From NCBI GenBank assembly GCA_048940925.1, contig JBHLOC010000021.1, positions 1-44,701 of the forward strand: DNA of 44,701 bases, read 5' to 3'. Below, piece by piece: positions 28,339-37,226 of the stretch. Under the pieces are notes generated by a model. The model saw only the letters and a program-made list of their open reading frames with translations. It did no database searches and was not told where the DNA came from. The position numbers and the translations under genes were made by a program. The stretch comes from Promethearchaeota archaeon (GTDB lineage: Archaea > Asgardarchaeota > Lokiarchaeia > Sigyniarchaeales > SOKP01). The stretch's first letter is position 1; every line of letters starts with the position of its first letter.

Positions 28339-29628
28339 ATGTCAAGAACCACTGAAATAGTATCAAATGCCGAATTTAATAAAAGTATAACCTCAAAAAG
28401 AATTGCATCTATAGATTTTGTTAAAGGATTTGCTTTAGTTTGGATTATCTTAGCCCATTCAGCTCTTAGTTGGTTTGATAAAGATTGGAGGTATATATAT
28501 GGGTTAGTGTTTGCATTTATGGATGTTCTCGGTCCCTCTTTATTTGTTTTTCTTTCAGCGCTTAGTGTTATTTTTAGTGTTAAAAGAAAAAAAGGAGAAA
28601 TTTCTGAGAAAGCAATTCGTAATGGGATATTAACTCGTGGATTTGTAATAATCCTTATTGGTGTGCTATTTAATCCAATGTCATTGTACACTTCAGGGGT
28701 ATCAGTACCCTTCCCTACTAATTTGTGGGGATGGAACATCTTAATGTTTATAGGATTTTCTCAGATATTGTCATATTATGCACTGAAATTGAGTAAGAGA
28801 GTTCGCGCAGTATTGGGTGTTGTTATAATCTACTTTTCTCCATGGATTCGAGAAGTTCTCTACGAAGGTAAAGTAGCAGGCAATTTGATTTTAAGTTTTT
28901 TTCATTTCATTATCACATCCCCTCTCCCTCAAGTACCAATTTTGCCATACCTTTCAATATGTTTTATATCTACAATATTTGGTGAATTTCTTCACGAAGC
29001 AATGATAAAAGGAACTAAAGAAGCTTATTATAAACTATTCCGAATTTTTGCTTTCTACGGAGTCGCATTAGTATTAATTGGATTATTTATAATCGTTCCA
29101 AGAGGAGTTAATTTTGACATTTGGGAAATTGGACTTTCCCGGGTTAAACCTGCTCTTTCTGTATATGGAGCACCCCACTCGTCACCTGGTTTTATTGTAG
29201 AATCCGAATATTTACATATAGATTTATTACGAATTGCTAATCAACAAGATTTTACACCATTTGACGCGATGCCAATTTATATGGTAAGATGTACAGCTCA
29301 AAACATGTTTTATAACCTAGGTGTTGGGTTTTTACTTATCGCTATAAGTTTTTATTTTATTGATATTAAAAATAAATCTAATGATGTTATAAAATTAGTT
29401 GTTTTTTATGGAAAAGTAAGCCTCTCTCTATTTTTAATTCAATATTTATTTCTCCCATTATATGGTGGCCAGTTTTCAATAATTTTTCTCCCAATCGTCT
29501 GGGTTGGATACTGTGGATTTTTAGGTTTACTTATGTATCTCTGGACGGAATATTTTGGAGGTGTTGGAACTCCTGAGTGGATTATGGGCAAACTGGGCGG
29601 AGCTGGGAAAAAGAAAAAAAAATCTTGA
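28339..29628 (+). CDS. HGSNAT/DUF1624-type membrane acyltransferase, paralog 2
   Basis: Clear paralog of 25321-26715 (shared LGPSLFVFLSALSVIFS.KRK, SICFISTIFGE, YGKVSLSLFLI). Confidence 0.8.
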   Translation: MSRTTEIVSNAEFNKSITSKRIASIDFVKGFALVWIILAHSALSWFDKDWRYIYGLVFAFMDVLGPSLFVFLSALSVIFSVKRKKGEISEKAIRNGILTRGFVIILIGVLFNPMSLYTSGVSVPFPTNLWGWNILMFIGFSQILSYYALKLSKRVRAVLGVVIIYFSPWIREVLYEGKVAGNLILSFFHFIITSPLPQVPILPYLSICFISTIFGEFLHEAMIKGTKEAYYKLFRIFAFYGVALVLIGLFIIVPRGVNFDIWEIGLSRVKPALSVYGAPHSSPGFIVESEYLHIDLLRIANQQDFTPFDAMPIYMVRCTAQNMFYNLGVGFLLIAISFYFIDIKNKSNDVIKLVVFYGKVSLSLFLIQYLFLPLYGGQFSIIFLPIVWVGYCGFLGLLMYLWTEYFGGVGTPEWIMGKLGGAGKKKKKS

Positions 29629-29838
29629 AACAAATTTCTTTTCTGAGTTTATTAATAAATTCTTCACTTTATAATAAACAATTTAGTAATACTTAACTAA
29701 TTGTAAATATATAAATATCTTTAAAGAATAATATGAAATATTAAATTGCAAATTAAATATATTAAATAACAATTTGAAAATTAGATAATAATTATAATAT
29801 AATAACACTCATATTAATTTATTATAAGGAGTTAGAAT

Positions 29839-30393
29839 ATGTCAGGACAAGGAGAATTCAAATTCAAGATAACACGAACGTAAATGTCTTACGATCCTAT
29901 CTAATTGTTTGGTCCTGGAGGAGTAGGTAAAACAAGCCTTTTATTACGCTATATTAAAGACTATTTTAGTGATGATTTAAAGAAGACAATAGGTAGTAAT
30001 TTTTTAATTAAAGATGTAGAAATAGATGGAAAAGGTGTTCGTCTTCTCCTTTGGGATATTGGTGGGCAGCCACAATTCCACAAACTTAGAACTATTTATT
30101 TTAAAGGCAGTAATGGTGCTCTTGGTGTTTTTGATCTATCATCTAGTCAATCACTTTTAAAGATTCCTGGATGGATTAGTTCTATCAAAAAATCAGTAAA
30201 AAGAACTATTCCTATGATACTCATTGGAAATAAATCTGATTTAGAGAGAGATATTGATAAAGAAGAAGCCGAGGACTTAGCTAAACGGTTAAGTTGTGAA
30301 TATATGGAAACTTCAGCAAAAACAGGCGAGAATGTAGAAGTTGCATTTGAATCAATTGCTAAAGCTTGCCTTGAGGATGTAGGAGAAATATAA
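29839..30393 (+). CDS. Rab-like small GTPase, split by a 30-nt intron; predicted join(29839..29873,29904..30393), 174 aa
   Basis: SD AAGGAG at 29826-29831, then ATG. Spliced product is MSGQGEFKFKIT-LFGPGGVGKTSLL; G1 GPGGVGKT, TIG, WDIGGQ, NKSD, ETSAK. Confidence 0.88.
29874..29903 (+). other. Candidate bulge-helix-bulge (BHB) mRNA intron, 30 nt
   Basis: Central 4-bp helix GATA(29868-71)/TATC(29898-901); 3-nt bulges ACA(29872-74) and TAA(29902-04); exon helix CAA/TTG; intron hairpin CGTAA/TTACG; two in-frame TAA stops removed by excision. Confidence 0.8.
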
Positions 30394-30410
30394 CATTTAA
30401 TACTTTTATT

Positions 30411-31034
30411 TTAATTAACCTCTATGTGCAGTGTTTTGAGCTCATTAATTAATTCTTCATTATTTGTAAATTTAATAGCTAAAATTCCTAATTCTCGGGC
30501 GGACCGAATATTATTCAACCCATCATCTATAAAAACTATTTCCTCTGGCTTACAATCAGCTTTTTGTATGGTATATTGAAATATTTCTTTATTAGGTTTA
30601 GTCATATGAATCTCATGAGATAAAATAATTTCATCAAAATATTCCAGAAAATCCCACTTTTTTTTTAAAATATATTCCCAATGACTCGAATTTACATTTG
30701 ATAAGGCAATAAGTTTATATTTACCTGTTTGTTTCAATTTTTTTACTAATGTAATACTATTTTGATTAATTCCTGAAATAATACTATTGAATGCTGCAAA
30801 AAAATCATTTTGATCTAATTCACATACTTGCAGTAAATCGCACGATAATTGGTAAAATTCCTGATCACTCATTAATCCCTGATGGTAAATGTCTGATTGA
30901 CGGAAAAATTCCAGAATAATTGGTGTTTGAGGTTTGTTTAAGGGAGATAGAGTTATTATTTTATTATAAAAATTTGAAAAATCCAAGTCAACAATTACTC
31001 CACCTAAATCAAATATTAATGCTTTTACTCTCAT
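30411..31034 (-). CDS. HAD-superfamily phosphatase
   Basis: FDLGGV, LSN, KP...IF and FIDD...N motifs. Confidence 0.92.
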   Translation of the reverse strand: MRVKALIFDLGGVIVDLDFSNFYNKIITLSPLNKPQTPIILEFFRQSDIYHQGLMSDQEFYQLSCDLLQVCELDQNDFFAAFNSIISGINQNSITLVKKLKQTGKYKLIALSNVNSSHWEYILKKKWDFLEYFDEIILSHEIHMTKPNKEIFQYTIQKADCKPEEIVFIDDGLNNIRSARELGILAIKFTNNEELINELKTLHIEVN

Positions 31035-31048
31035 AATTTTTAAAAAAC

Positions 31049-33109
31049 CTACTTACGAAAATATATTCTCGTTGAAAACTTTCTAAAAGGTATTGGTAAT
31101 TTATATTTTGGGAAGTTTATTGTATCTTCTTCAAGCATTTCAAATAATGTATTCAAGCTAACATTATTAACTTGTTTAGAAGTCTGCTTTTTTGGACCAA
31201 AAGGTTTACCTATTAATCTCTTTCTTATCGAAATTGTCTGGTTTTCTTGTTCTTTTTTACCAAGAATAATTATATATGGAATCCACTCGATTTCTGCTTG
31301 TCTAATTTTTTTTCCAACTGTATCTTCTCGATCGTCAAAATCTGCTCTAAAATCCTCTCCATTGATGATATTCAGCAATTTTTCAGCATAAATGTTTTGT
31401 TCGTCGCTCACGGTTATTATTCGGACTTGTATTGGAGACAACCATGTTTTAAATCCAGGTACTATTTTTTCCTTATTTCGAATAGCAGATTCAATTAAAC
31501 CCCATAAAACTCTTTCTATGGCACCAGTTGGAGAGTTGTGAAGAATTATTGGATGTTTCAACTGACCATCGGTGTCTATGAAAGAAATATTATATTTTTG
31601 CCTTTTTATACCATCATTATCAGCCATATATTCTAATGAGCTCTCTACATCGATCTGATTAGTTGCTAATGTCGCACTTCTGTTTTGAGCAGAAAGAACA
31701 TTTCTTTCAAGTTTTAGTATATAATAATAATATCTATCTTCCCATAATTCTAATAACGCAGGATATTTTTCTGACTTAATTAAATCAATGATCCAATCCT
31801 TATTTTCCTCATAAAAATCTTGTGTAACTCTAAAAATAACATAAGTTTTTATCCCTAAATCTTTTTCCAGACTCTTAATTAAATCATACTGCTTTTTAAA
31901 CTCCTCAATAGAAGATTTTATATCTTTACACATTGTATGCATATCTGGCATTATAAAAGCTCGTAATCTTCTTAAACCGCTTAACTCACCTTCTAACTCA
32001 CGTCTAAATGCATATTGTTCAAATTCATAGGCTCTTAATGGAAGGTAATGTGGTTTTAAATTCATTTGAGAAAAAAGATCGAATAAAAGAAAGTCACAAG
32101 CATATCTTAAAAGATATCTATCTTTACCAGATTCAACCCAATAACTTCTTGCTGGAAAACGAGCAGTCTGAGCTGTCAATTTTTTATTTTTTACAGTATA
32201 CATTACAGGTGTATCAAGAAGAATTGCTCCATAATCTATTAATCTATCTTCTATAAAATTTTTTATCAAATTTTTCATAATGATCCCTTTTGTATACCAC
32301 CTAAAATTCCCTGCATCAGTATTAGGATCAAAATCTACTAGTTCAAACTCCTTCATTACTTTTATATGAGCGGGTTCCATTGCTTTATTTGTTAATCTAG
32401 AACCTAATTCTGAATTTAGGAATAAATGAAAATCATCGTCTTTAATCTCCTTTGGTAGAATTAATTTTTGATTTTCATCAAAAGCTAAATCAATTTCTTT
32501 CCCTGAATTTGTAACCACTTTAAATACGGAATTTTTAACCTGTTCTTCTGGTTTAATAGCCAATTTAACATCTCTGTACATCTCAGCTAATTCATGTCCT
32601 AAGCAATTTATTTTAAACGATTTATACCAACCAAAAGGAGAAAATTTTGCTTCAATACCTTTTTCTCTTAAAATTTGAGCAATTTTTGGGCACACTTCCA
32701 TAGCATTTACCTCATTACTCAGAAATTTACTTAGATGTGCCCATGGATAAACTAAAACTTTATCCACACGATACTTATCTCTCTCCATAATAAGTTCTGA
32801 TAATTTTCTAGCTTTTCCTTTGATTTCTCCTTTTTCAACTTTTTTATTAAATTCTCTTATCACTTCATTTTTTTGTCTTAATTGCTCAGGAAATCCTGTA
32901 ATTTGTAAAATTGCTGCTTCTATTTCATCAGCACCTTGTCTTGCAATTAAATTAGTATCATATGTGTCTTGATCTTCAACAGATATAAAACATACTAAAA
33001 TTAAACCTCCCATCTTGATAAAATTTTCTGTAAATTCTTGAGGATTACTGGTTGCTTCTTTATTTTTAATTACTTCTACATTCTGGGAGTGAATTAATAA
33101 GATTTTCAT
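31049..33109 (-). CDS. thrS: Threonyl-tRNA synthetase, archaeal type with N-terminal editing domain
   Basis: MKILLIHS, VYP.AHLS, PFGWYK.F...C.GH.LAE editing domain; LRYAC, FRRE..GEL.GLRRLRAF.MPDMH, ILH.SP.G.IER and WLSP.QVR motifs. Confidence 0.96.
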   Translation of the reverse strand: MKILLIHSQNVEVIKNKEATSNPQEFTENFIKMGGLILVCFISVEDQDTYDTNLIARQGADEIEAAILQITGFPEQLRQKNEVIREFNKKVEKGEIKGKARKLSELIMERDKYRVDKVLVYPWAHLSKFLSNEVNAMEVCPKIAQILREKGIEAKFSPFGWYKSFKINCLGHELAEMYRDVKLAIKPEEQVKNSVFKVVTNSGKEIDLAFDENQKLILPKEIKDDDFHLFLNSELGSRLTNKAMEPAHIKVMKEFELVDFDPNTDAGNFRWYTKGIIMKNLIKNFIEDRLIDYGAILLDTPVMYTVKNKKLTAQTARFPARSYWVESGKDRYLLRYACDFLLFDLFSQMNLKPHYLPLRAYEFEQYAFRRELEGELSGLRRLRAFIMPDMHTMCKDIKSSIEEFKKQYDLIKSLEKDLGIKTYVIFRVTQDFYEENKDWIIDLIKSEKYPALLELWEDRYYYYILKLERNVLSAQNRSATLATNQIDVESSLEYMADNDGIKRQKYNISFIDTDGQLKHPIILHNSPTGAIERVLWGLIESAIRNKEKIVPGFKTWLSPIQVRIITVSDEQNIYAEKLLNIINGEDFRADFDDREDTVGKKIRQAEIEWIPYIIILGKKEQENQTISIRKRLIGKPFGPKKQTSKQVNNVSLNTLFEMLEEDTINFPKYKLPIPFRKFSTRIYFRK

Positions 33110-33234
33110 GTCAGATCAAAATCCTTATTTATTTAATAATTCCTTTTAATAAATTCTAAATATTTTTCTTAATTTTGATATATAATTATATACTGAATTC
33201 AAATTAATTGTTACCAATATTTATCTCAATAATA

Positions 33235-33846
33235 ATGAATCTTAAAAAAGCTTTTTCAGAAATATCTAATTTATTCGACAATTTATATCAAGATCGAGAA
33301 AAAATTTTACATATATCACGGAATATTATTCGAGATTGTAGTATAGGTATTAAACATATTCATAGAAATGAATTTAGATTGTTTCAAGAGAAAAAGAATG
33401 AGATCAAGACTAATCTTGAAAATTTAGGTAATTTAGTCAATAAGAATCCTAATATCTTCTTTAAGTATTTAAAAACTCCTGAACAAGAGTATACAGAATT
33501 AATTGTTTTTCAATCAATTATTAGTAAAACAGAAATTCCCCCACCCTCAGAGATAAAAGTCAGTCCTATTAATTTCGCATTAGGATTGGCAGATGTTATA
33601 GGTGAGTTAAGAAGATACGCCTTAGATAATATTAGAAATTCCAAAACCCATGATTTAAATTATATTTTAGAAAGTATGGATGAGATTTATGTATCTTTAT
33701 TTTCTATCGATTACCCTAGCGGAATAACTCAAGATTTAAGACGTAAGGTAGATGTAGCAAGAAATATTATAGAGAAAACAAGGGGAGACGTATCACTTGC
33801 TATTCAAATGAACGATTTAAAGCAATGTTTTGAAAATGGAAAATAA
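33235..33846 (+). CDS. Translin/TRAX (C3PO)-family protein
   Basis: RE.....SR.IIR, QEY.E, LGLADVIGELRR and LRRK.D..R motifs. ATG at 33235 preferred over TTG at 33208. Confidence 0.88.
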   Translation: MNLKKAFSEISNLFDNLYQDREKILHISRNIIRDCSIGIKHIHRNEFRLFQEKKNEIKTNLENLGNLVNKNPNIFFKYLKTPEQEYTELIVFQSIISKTEIPPPSEIKVSPINFALGLADVIGELRRYALDNIRNSKTHDLNYILESMDEIYVSLFSIDYPSGITQDLRRKVDVARNIIEKTRGDVSLAIQMNDLKQCFENGK

Positions 33847-33917
33847 TATTCTTTAATATATTTTTATTAAATCTATCATCTTTAGAAGAGAATAAAATGA
33901 CTTCAATATGAGATGCG

Positions 33918-34394
33918 ATGAATGAAATAGCGAAAAAGATTTTAATTGCAGGAACTTTCGATTTGGTGCATCCAGGGCATATTTACTTAATCAATGAGGC
34001 TGCAAAATTAGGTGATGTATATGTAATTATAGCTACTGATAAAAATAGGAAATTATACTCAGGTAGTTCTCCAATAATTCCTGAAGCACAGAGATTGGAG
34101 GTTATTAAAAATATTAAAAACGTAAAAGAAGCTAGATTAGGAAGGAGTGACAATGATACTCTTAAAACTGTAAAAGAAATAAATCCAGATATTATTTTAT
34201 TAGGTCCAGATCAAAAATATAGCATAAAATTATTAAAAAAAGGGCTCAAAGAAAAGGGGCTTAATCATATTGAAGTAAGAAGACTCGAAACTTATTACAA
34301 TAAATATGAATTACATAGCTCAAGTTTAATTAAAAATAAAATTATTAAAAAATTTAAGGAAAATAAATCTAAAAATTGTGATAATGGAATTTAA
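33918..34394 (+). CDS. ribL: FAD synthase (cytidylyltransferase-like family)
   Basis: GTFDLVHPGH, PDII.LG.DQ and SSS.IK motifs; adjacent to ribK. Confidence 0.85.
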   Translation: MNEIAKKILIAGTFDLVHPGHIYLINEAAKLGDVYVIIATDKNRKLYSGSSPIIPEAQRLEVIKNIKNVKEARLGRSDNDTLKTVKEINPDIILLGPDQKYSIKLLKKGLKEKGLNHIEVRRLETYYNKYELHSSSLIKNKIIKKFKENKSKNCDNGI

Positions 34395-35094
34395 GGAAGA
34401 TATAACTCCAGAAAATTATGCAAATTGGTTTGCACTTTACCACCTTTGTCAAAATATTGGAAGTCAAAAAGCAATCCATATCAGTAGTGTTGAATTTGGT
34501 AAAGTATTAAATTTATCCCAGCAAACAGCATCCAGAAGAATAACTAACCTAGAAGAGCTTGGTTGGATTCAAAGAAAAGTAGAAGGTAAAGAGCAGATAA
34601 TCAGAATTACAAAGAAAGGAGCTGATAGTATGCTTTTGATGTATAAGAATTTAAAACAAATACTTGAAGAGATTTTAATAGTTGGTGAAGTCACTGAGGG
34701 AATGGGCGAAGGAGGTTATTATGTTAGAATACCCGGTTATTTAAAACAATTTCAGGAAAAGCTTGGATATATTCCTTATTTTGGAACATTAAATTTGCAA
34801 TTAAGTGATCTTAATAAAGAATTATTAGAAGAGAATTTAAAAAATCAAATTCCTGTTAGAATTGAAGGATTTGAAGATAAGAAAATAGGCCGAACATATG
34901 GCTCAGTGAATTGTTTTGAATGTTATGTATCTCGTTTGGATAATCAGGAAAAAAAGATAAATGCTGTGATACTAAAAATTAAAAGAACTCATCATAAAAA
35001 AAATATATTTGAAATTTTAGCAGAACCTTATTTAAGGGAAGTATTAGAATTAAGAGATGGGGATAGACTAAGAATAGAATTGAAAAAGAAATAA
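34378..35094 (+). CDS. ribK: CTP-dependent riboflavin kinase with N-terminal wHTH (RbkR-like)
   Basis: SQQTASRR...LE..G.I.R wHTH; G.V..G.GEG.YY, F...LG..PY.GTLN, RTHH and E..A...LR..L.L.DGD motifs. Alternative ATG at 34384. Confidence 0.93.
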   Translation: MIMEFKEDITPENYANWFALYHLCQNIGSQKAIHISSVEFGKVLNLSQQTASRRITNLEELGWIQRKVEGKEQIIRITKKGADSMLLMYKNLKQILEEILIVGEVTEGMGEGGYYVRIPGYLKQFQEKLGYIPYFGTLNLQLSDLNKELLEENLKNQIPVRIEGFEDKKIGRTYGSVNCFECYVSRLDNQEKKINAVILKIKRTHHKKNIFEILAEPYLREVLELRDGDRLRIELKKK

Positions 35095-35108
35095 TCTGTT
35101 ATAGAATT

Positions 35109-35738
35109 TTAATCTTTTTTTAACGGTTCTTTCTGTTTTATACAATGATAAATTTTTATGATTCTAAAAGTGAAAGTTCCAATAACAAGCCACATATAAA
35201 TAAATAGAAATTCATTAATGAATCCATAAAAAAATGCTAAAATCATAGTTAAAAATATGTAAAATAATCTTTCAGATCTAGCCATCAGTCCCACATCAAA
35301 ATCTCCTTTGAAAAATACTTCTGCTTTTGCTCTACTATAACTGATCATGAAAGAAATAAAAAATGATATGCATATAACCAAATTCATGTTAAAAAAATTC
35401 CATAGTATTTCATTAAAGTTAAAAATTAATAACCCAAAGAAAATAATAAATTCAGATAATCTATCCATAAAAGAATCAAAAAATCCCCCAAACTTTGTTG
35501 ATTTGTTAGTTAATCTAGCAATAGCTCCATCACAACCGTCCATAATTCCCGTAATAAACACAAAAATAGAGAAGAACAAAAGATTTCGAAAAATTATTAA
35601 AGAGACAAAACTTAAGATAGAAAATCCAAGCATAATAGTAGTCGCTATATTTGGAGTAATTCCAATTTTGATTAAACCTTTTGCTATTAGTTTTATTAAT
35701 GGTCTAAAAATATATCTTAAGCGAAATCTCGAAGGCAT
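35109..35738 (-). CDS. CDP-alcohol phosphatidyltransferase (archaetidylinositol-phosphate synthase-like)
   Basis: TPN..T, D..DG..AR......FG.F.DS..DR, SY.RAKAE and VG...R.ER motifs. Confidence 0.9.
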   Translation of the reverse strand: MPSRFRLRYIFRPLIKLIAKGLIKIGITPNIATTIMLGFSILSFVSLIIFRNLLFFSIFVFITGIMDGCDGAIARLTNKSTKFGGFFDSFMDRLSEFIIFFGLLIFNFNEILWNFFNMNLVICISFFISFMISYSRAKAEVFFKGDFDVGLMARSERLFYIFLTMILAFFYGFINEFLFIYMWLVIGTFTFRIIKIYHCIKQKEPLKKD

Positions 35739-35862
35739 TTTTAGAGGATGTAAAGAGGTTAAATTAAAATATGTTTCTCATTATAAAATAACATAGTTTT
35801 TTTATTTTAATTATTTTAAATATATAATTAATTCATTAACACAACAAAGAGAATGAATACTT

Positions 35863-36168
35863 TTGAAATTACGTTTAATTTTGAAAACAAAAACTAAAAA
35901 AAATAAAGATTTAAACATTAAATTTAATATTGCTCCGAGTAAACATATTGGATTTATAAATTTTATCAATTTAGCGTTAAGTCAAGATTTACCAATAGAA
36001 TTATCTTTTGAAAAAATTTCAAAATCTGGTGAACGAGAAGAGAGTAAAATTGTTGGGCAATTTAAACTAAAAGGTAGAGTTGATTCCCAAATGTATCAAT
36101 TAGGAGAGGAAATTCAGGAAGCAGATCGTAAACGAAAAAAACTTCAGCAAAAAAGAAAGCAAGGGTAA
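35863..36168 (+). CDS. Hypothetical basic protein
   Basis: 101-aa ORF with TTG start filling the gap between genes. Confidence 0.65.
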   Translation: MKLRLILKTKTKKNKDLNIKFNIAPSKHIGFINFINLALSQDLPIELSFEKISKSGEREESKIVGQFKLKGRVDSQMYQLGEEIQEADRKRKKLQQKRKQG

Positions 36169-36237
36169 TGAGCTTTTTCTAACTCTAATATCAAATGTAT
36201 TAATTAACTATTATAACTATTTTTCAAGGATAATTTT

Positions 36238-37185
36238 ATGGAAAAGAAATTCTCTTTAAAAATTCCTGGTCGAATTTGTTTAATGGGTGATAAGGTAGAC
36301 CTCTTAGGTAAACCTGTTATAGGGATGGCAATAAATTTGATGATGACTATTAATTACGAAGAAAGAAGAACTACTACTGTTGAATTTTATAGCCATGATA
36401 CTAAAGAAAGAACTATATTTAATTTAGATAAATCTCCTCCACGATATATAGATTTAGCCTATTGGAGTGTTTTATTTGAAAGATTAAAGAAACATATAAA
36501 GAAAGGATTTTATATGGGAGTGAATTCGGATATTCCAATTGGAGCAGGATTATCAACATCAGCAGCTGTATCTATAGGTTTTATTAAGGCTATAAATCAG
36601 GCATACAATTTGAATCTTACACCAGATGATATCGCTGAACTCGCATATCTAGGTGAGAATCATGATCTGGGAATAATGTGTGGTAGGTTAGATCAATATA
36701 CAATTGCTCATGGTGGAATTGTTTTTATATACACAGATGATGAAAATCCTGGAGTAGAACATTTATATATTGAAAAAATGCCCATTGTAGTTGGAGATTC
36801 ATTAGAAGAAAGAAAAGCATCTTTAATATTAAATAGAATAAAAAAACAGATAAGAGAAAATGATCCTACAACATTAGAAGCTTTTCAAATTATAGAAAGT
36901 TGTGTTTATCAAGCAAAAGATGCGTTATTAAAGAAAGATTTTAATAAATTAGGTGAATTAATGAATAAACAACAAGAACAAGAAGCTGTTTTGAAAGCTG
37001 ATACTCCAAAGATTTTAAACTTATGTAAAGCAGCAAAAGATGCTGGAGCCTTAGGAGCAAAGCAAATGGGGGCGGGTGGAGGGGGTTGTATTGTAGCTAT
37101 TGCACCTGGAATTCAGGAAGAAGTAGCAGAAGCAATAATAAAAGCTGGAGCTAGAGCTTGGATTTTTGATATTTACCTTTATTAA
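36238..37185 (+). CDS. GHMP-family kinase (galactokinase/mevalonate kinase-like)
   Basis: PGRICL.G, IPIGAGLSTSAA, G.LDQ and GALGAKQMGAGGGG motifs. Confidence 0.9.
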   Translation: MEKKFSLKIPGRICLMGDKVDLLGKPVIGMAINLMMTINYEERRTTTVEFYSHDTKERTIFNLDKSPPRYIDLAYWSVLFERLKKHIKKGFYMGVNSDIPIGAGLSTSAAVSIGFIKAINQAYNLNLTPDDIAELAYLGENHDLGIMCGRLDQYTIAHGGIVFIYTDDENPGVEHLYIEKMPIVVGDSLEERKASLILNRIKKQIRENDPTTLEAFQIIESCVYQAKDALLKKDFNKLGELMNKQQEQEAVLKADTPKILNLCKAAKDAGALGAKQMGAGGGGCIVAIAPGIQEEVAEAIIKAGARAWIFDIYLY

Positions 37186-37226
37186 AAGATCTTAACTAAA
37201 GTATATCAAATAAATTATAATATCAA

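Noticed and set aside
29884-29904. Mini-ORF MSYDPI* inside the insert
   Set aside because: Six codons with no independent support; the sequence is explained by BHB pairing.
29905-30393. Track ORF starting at TTG as the complete GTPase
   Set aside because: It would lack the beta-1 strand before the P-loop and has no SD, whereas the upstream ATG exon supplies both.
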